Of a stretch of DNA of 37,171 nucleotides, positions 34,054 to 37,171 are shown piece after piece. Every line of letters starts with the position of its first letter. The stretch's first letter is position 1. The position numbers and the translations under genes are program-made. This DNA comes from Fibrobacter sp. (lineage in GTDB: Bacteria > Krumholzibacteriota > Krumholzibacteriia > LZORAL124-64-63). The stretch lies in contig DYDD01000003.1 of the NCBI GenBank assembly GCA_020718045.1, positions 21,687 to 58,857 of the forward strand, given 5' to 3'. Under the pieces are notes generated by a model. It made no database searches and was not told the DNA's origin. It saw only the letters and a list, made by a program, of their open reading frames with translations.

Positions 34054-35610
34054 ATGCGCCTTCAGCTCGACCGCCCCGCCGCCCGCTCGATCGCGACCCT
34101 CGCCCTTCTGCTGGGCGTCGCGGCGGTCGCCGCCGCCGCCGGGACAGCGCCGCCGCCGGTGCGCGGGGAGGGCCCCTGGAACCTGACCATCTTCCACATC
34201 AACGACACCCACACCGCCTTCATGCCCGAGCCCGCCACCTGGCGCGACGACCACGCGCCCGCCGGGGGGATCGTGGCGCTGGCGTCCCACCTGGAGGAGC
34301 AGCGGCGCGGCGCGACGGCGTCGCTGCTGCTGGACGCGGGCGACTTCATGACCGGCAACCCCGTCGGCGAGATCGAGGTCGACGGCGTGCTGGGCGGCGG
34401 CTGGATCGACATGCTGAACCTGCTGGGCATCGATGCCGGGGTGATCGGCAACCACGATTTCGACCTCGGGCGCGCGAACGCGCGCCGCCTGGCCGACCGC
34501 GCCGCCTGGCCGATCATGGCCCTGGACCTGCGCGACGAGCGCGGCGAGCTGGAGTTCGCGGATGCGCCGGTCGTCCTGGAACGGGGCGACCTGCGCATCG
34601 GCGTGATCGGGGTGACCTGCTCGGAGCTGTTCGACGTGACCGCCGACGTGCGCGTGGCCGGCCTGCGGTTGGACGATCAGCGCGCGGTGATCCGGCGCTG
34701 GATCGCCGAGCTGGATCCGCAGACCGACCTGTTGGTGCTGCTCACCCACGACGGGCTCGACGTCGACCGGGAACTGGCCCACGACCTGGCCGGGTCGGGG
34801 CTGGACGTGATCGTCGGCGGGCACTCGCACAGCCGCACCCGCGAGCCGCGCCTGGTCGACGGCATCCTGGTCGTGCAGGCGGGCAGTCACGCCAAGAACC
34901 TGGGCCGCCTCGACCTGCGCGTCGCCGACGACCGCGTCGTCGCCTACGACGGCCGCCTGGTCGAGGTGCTGGCCGAGGGGCGCCGCGCCGACCCGGCGCT
35001 CGAGGCGCTGGCGGAGTCCTACGCCGCGCGGGTGGACGCCGTGTTCGGCCAGGTCATCGGCCGGCTGACCCGCGACTGGCGCCGCGACGGCCGCGAGGAG
35101 AGCAACGTCGGCAGCTGGATCTGCGACCGGCTGCGGGAGGCGGCCGGCGCCGACGTCGCGCTGCTGAACTCCGGCACCCTGCGCCGCGACTTCCTGGCCG
35201 GGCCGGTGACCCTGCTGGACATCCACTCGCTGGTGCCGTTCAACAACACGCTCGAGACGTTCCGCATCGACGGCGCGGGCCTGCGCGGGATCGTGCTGGC
35301 GAACGCGCGCACGGCCGAGAACGGCGGCGAGGGTATCCTGCAGGTGTCGGGCCTGCGCTACGCCTACGCCTGGGCCGATTCCACGCCGGAAGTGCTCGAA
35401 CTGACCGTAGGCGGGGAACCCCTGGACCCGGCGCGCGTCTATACGGTCGCGTGCCCCGACTTCGTGGTCCAGAAGGCCCGCATCTACATGGACATGGACC
35501 CGCCGGCCTCGACCTACGCCGGCCGGACGATCACCGAGGCGATCGCCGACGCCGTGCGCGAAACCGGCGTCGTCGACGCGATCACCGACGGGCGCATCAC
35601 GCGCCGCTGA
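34054..35610 (+). CDS. secreted bifunctional metallophosphatase / 5'-nucleotidase (UshA-like)
   Basis: ATG at 34054 follows GGAG. A signal peptide is present. Metallophosphatase motifs are HINDTH, DAGD, GNHDFD and GGHSH. A C-terminal 5'-nucleotidase domain is present. Confidence 0.85.
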   Translation: MRLQLDRPAARSIATLALLLGVAAVAAAAGTAPPPVRGEGPWNLTIFHINDTHTAFMPEPATWRDDHAPAGGIVALASHLEEQRRGATASLLLDAGDFMTGNPVGEIEVDGVLGGGWIDMLNLLGIDAGVIGNHDFDLGRANARRLADRAAWPIMALDLRDERGELEFADAPVVLERGDLRIGVIGVTCSELFDVTADVRVAGLRLDDQRAVIRRWIAELDPQTDLLVLLTHDGLDVDRELAHDLAGSGLDVIVGGHSHSRTREPRLVDGILVVQAGSHAKNLGRLDLRVADDRVVAYDGRLVEVLAEGRRADPALEALAESYAARVDAVFGQVIGRLTRDWRRDGREESNVGSWICDRLREAAGADVALLNSGTLRRDFLAGPVTLLDIHSLVPFNNTLETFRIDGAGLRGIVLANARTAENGGEGILQVSGLRYAYAWADSTPEVLELTVGGEPLDPARVYTVACPDFVVQKARIYMDMDPPASTYAGRTITEAIADAVRETGVVDAITDGRITRR

Positions 35611-35631
35611 CCCCGGAAGGAGACGACGCAC

Positions 35632-36402
35632 ATGGCACACGAGATCGATTACCAGATCCTGGGCGACGACCTGCAGGCCGTGGTGGTGGAGCTGGACCCC
35701 GGCGAGGCCGTGCAGGCCGAAGCCGGCGCGATGCTCTACATGGAGAACGGCATCGAGATGAACACCGGCACCGACGGCGGCATCTTCAAGGGCCTCAAGC
35801 GCGCGGTCACCGGCGAGAGCTTCTTCATCACCACCTTCAAGCACGGCGGCGCCGGCAAGAGCCACGTGGCCTTCGCGGCGCCCTACCCCGGCCGCATCAT
35901 CCCCCTGGACATGAAGGCGCTGGGCGGCTCGCTGCTCTGCCAGAAGGACGCCTTCCTCTGCTGCGCCTACGGCATCGACATCACCATCGCCTTCACCAAG
36001 CGCCTCGGCGCCGGCATGTTCGGCGGCGAGGGCTTCATCCTGCAGCGCCTGAGCGGCGACGGCCTGGCCTTCGCCCACGCCGGCGGCGCGATCATCGTCA
36101 AGGACCTGGCCCACGGCGAGCACCTGCGCGTGGACACCGGCTGTCTGGTCGCTTTCCAGGAGTCGGTCGACTACGACATCAAGTTCGTCGGCGGCTTCAA
36201 GAACGCCCTGTTCGGCGGCGAGGGCCTGTTCTTCGCCAGCCTGACCGGCCCCGGCCGCGTCTACCTGCAGACGCTGCCCCTGAGCCGTCTCAGCGACCGC
36301 ATCCTGTCGGCCCGCGGCGGCAACCGCGACGAGCACCGCGGCGTCGGCGGGTTGGTCGGCGGGAAGGGGCTGCTGGGGGATCTGCTCAGCGGGGGGAATT
36401 AG
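35632..36402 (+). CDS. TIGR00266 / AIM24-family protein
   Basis: GGAAGGAG SD is present. Signatures are GAMLYME, GESFFITTF, GEGFILQRLSGDG, GCLVAF and GGEGLFFASLTGPGRVYLQTLP. Confidence 0.85.
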   Translation: MAHEIDYQILGDDLQAVVVELDPGEAVQAEAGAMLYMENGIEMNTGTDGGIFKGLKRAVTGESFFITTFKHGGAGKSHVAFAAPYPGRIIPLDMKALGGSLLCQKDAFLCCAYGIDITIAFTKRLGAGMFGGEGFILQRLSGDGLAFAHAGGAIIVKDLAHGEHLRVDTGCLVAFQESVDYDIKFVGGFKNALFGGEGLFFASLTGPGRVYLQTLPLSRLSDRILSARGGNRDEHRGVGGLVGGKGLLGDLLSGGN

Positions 36403-36536
36403 GGCTCCCACGGTGGCGGGGAACCTACGGCCCCGGGAGCGGTTCACCCCAGAATACACAGGCAGTCGCTAGGATAATCCTGTAGATTGTCGGCCTGTCG
36501 AACCCCCGCTCCCGACGTTCCGCCGGAGGAGAGCCC

Positions 36537-37088
36537 ATGTCCAAGCGCTTGCCGATCACAGCCGTCACCGCCGCCCTGGTGTCCTTGATCGCCGCGGCCG
36601 TCGGCGCCGCGCCGGCCACCATCGCGCCGCTGCACGGCGGCGCCGTCACCACCACCAAGGCCCACGCCTTCGAGACCCTGATCACGCCGCAGGGCGTGCG
36701 CGTCTTCCTCTACACCGACGAGCTCGCGCCGGCCATGGTCGAGAAGGCGATCGGCACCGCCAAGCTGGCGCTGCCGGACGGCCGCACGCTCGAGGTGCCG
36801 CTGAAGGCGCACCAGCCGGCCGCCGGCGAGCCCACTTCCTACTTCTGCCCCATGCACGCCGAGGTCGTGCGGGACGCCCCCGGCAAGTGCGAGCTCTGCG
36901 GCGGGATGGTCCTCTTCGTGCAGGACCACCTGTTCGGCGCCGCCGATCTCGGCGACGTCGACCCTGCCGGGGTCTCGGCGCTGATCCGCGTGTCCGGCCT
37001 GCGGGGCGTCGAGAAGGAAGCGACTTTCACGCCGGCCTTCCCGACGCCCGACGGGAAGGCCGCAGCCGTTCGGGCGGGCGAAGAGTAG
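36537..37088 (+). CDS. secreted protein with a heavy-metal-binding domain (CPMH...CxxCG)
   Basis: GGAGGAGAG SD and a signal peptide are present. YFCPMHAEVVRDAPGKCELCGGM matches the HMBD motif found at the N-termini of CusB-like adaptors. Confidence 0.75.
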   Translation: MSKRLPITAVTAALVSLIAAAVGAAPATIAPLHGGAVTTTKAHAFETLITPQGVRVFLYTDELAPAMVEKAIGTAKLALPDGRTLEVPLKAHQPAAGEPTSYFCPMHAEVVRDAPGKCELCGGMVLFVQDHLFGAADLGDVDPAGVSALIRVSGLRGVEKEATFTPAFPTPDGKAAAVRAGEE

Positions 37089-37171
37089 ACGGCGTCGCCG
37101 GCGCGCCGGAGCTGCCGACCACCGAGCCGATCACGGCGCTCGCCGCTGCGGGCGATCCGGCCGCGGCCGTC

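Noticed and set aside
36451-36492. A weak AT-richer patch with AGGATAATCCT and GTAGATTGTC upstream of the HMBD gene, a possible fifth member of the AT-rich island family.
   Set aside because: It is much less AT-rich, it lacks the TATAGATATT/ATCTATAAT word, and the similarity is limited to a few bases.
1-37171. I looked for CRISPR arrays, tandem DNA repeats, IS elements or transposases, integrases, reverse transcriptases (retron, DGR, group II intron), and rRNA or tRNA genes.
   Set aside because: I saw no regularly spaced direct repeats, no recombinase or RT motifs in any plausible ORF, and no tRNA-like cloverleaf. Absence by eye is not proof. Scans with tRNAscan-SE, Infernal and minced would settle it.

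Overview
High-GC (about 70% by eye) bacterial chromosomal segment with about 36 protein-coding genes, tightly packed. Four gene pairs share ATGA stop/start overlaps. I found no rRNA, tRNA, CRISPR array, integrase, transposase or reverse transcriptase. Two secreted proteins end in a FlgD-Ig/T9SS-type C-terminal sorting domain. This suggests, by inference only, an uncultivated FCB-superphylum-like lineage such as Gemmatimonadota or Eisenbacteria. Most genes are housekeeping or envelope genes: class III, IV and V aminotransferases, ilvE, hflX, an HU-like protein, a Kef-type CPA2 antiporter, an MFS transporter, a DnaQ-like exonuclease, a TtcA-like PP-loop ATPase, an isocitrate/isopropylmalate dehydrogenase-family enzyme, a TlyA-like methyltransferase, a 5'-nucleotidase, a serine hydrolase and lipoproteins. 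Five things stand out. (1) A low-GC AAA+/winged-helix ATPase gene (13572-14810) sits behind an AT-rich island and a 57-bp palindrome, and is translationally coupled to a GNAT acetyltransferase followed by a DUF2461 gene. The whole 2.7-kb block is bracketed by two related AT-rich 41-mers. (2) An M29 aminopeptidase and an 834-aa HerA/FtsK-like ATPase with a long coiled-coil C-terminal extension form a two-gene operon (26096-29611, minus strand). (3) A T9SS cargo protein is built from a tandemly duplicated Cys-containing domain that I cannot assign. (4) A beta-propeller lipoprotein and an outer-membrane barrel form an operon. (5) A 413-bp gap upstream of the HU gene contains another copy of the AT-rich word and a coding-like 93-codon ORF. 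I consider (1) and (2) the best candidates for an undescribed system, but neither can be confirmed without database and neighbourhood searches. All family calls rest on motif recognition from memory, not on searches.
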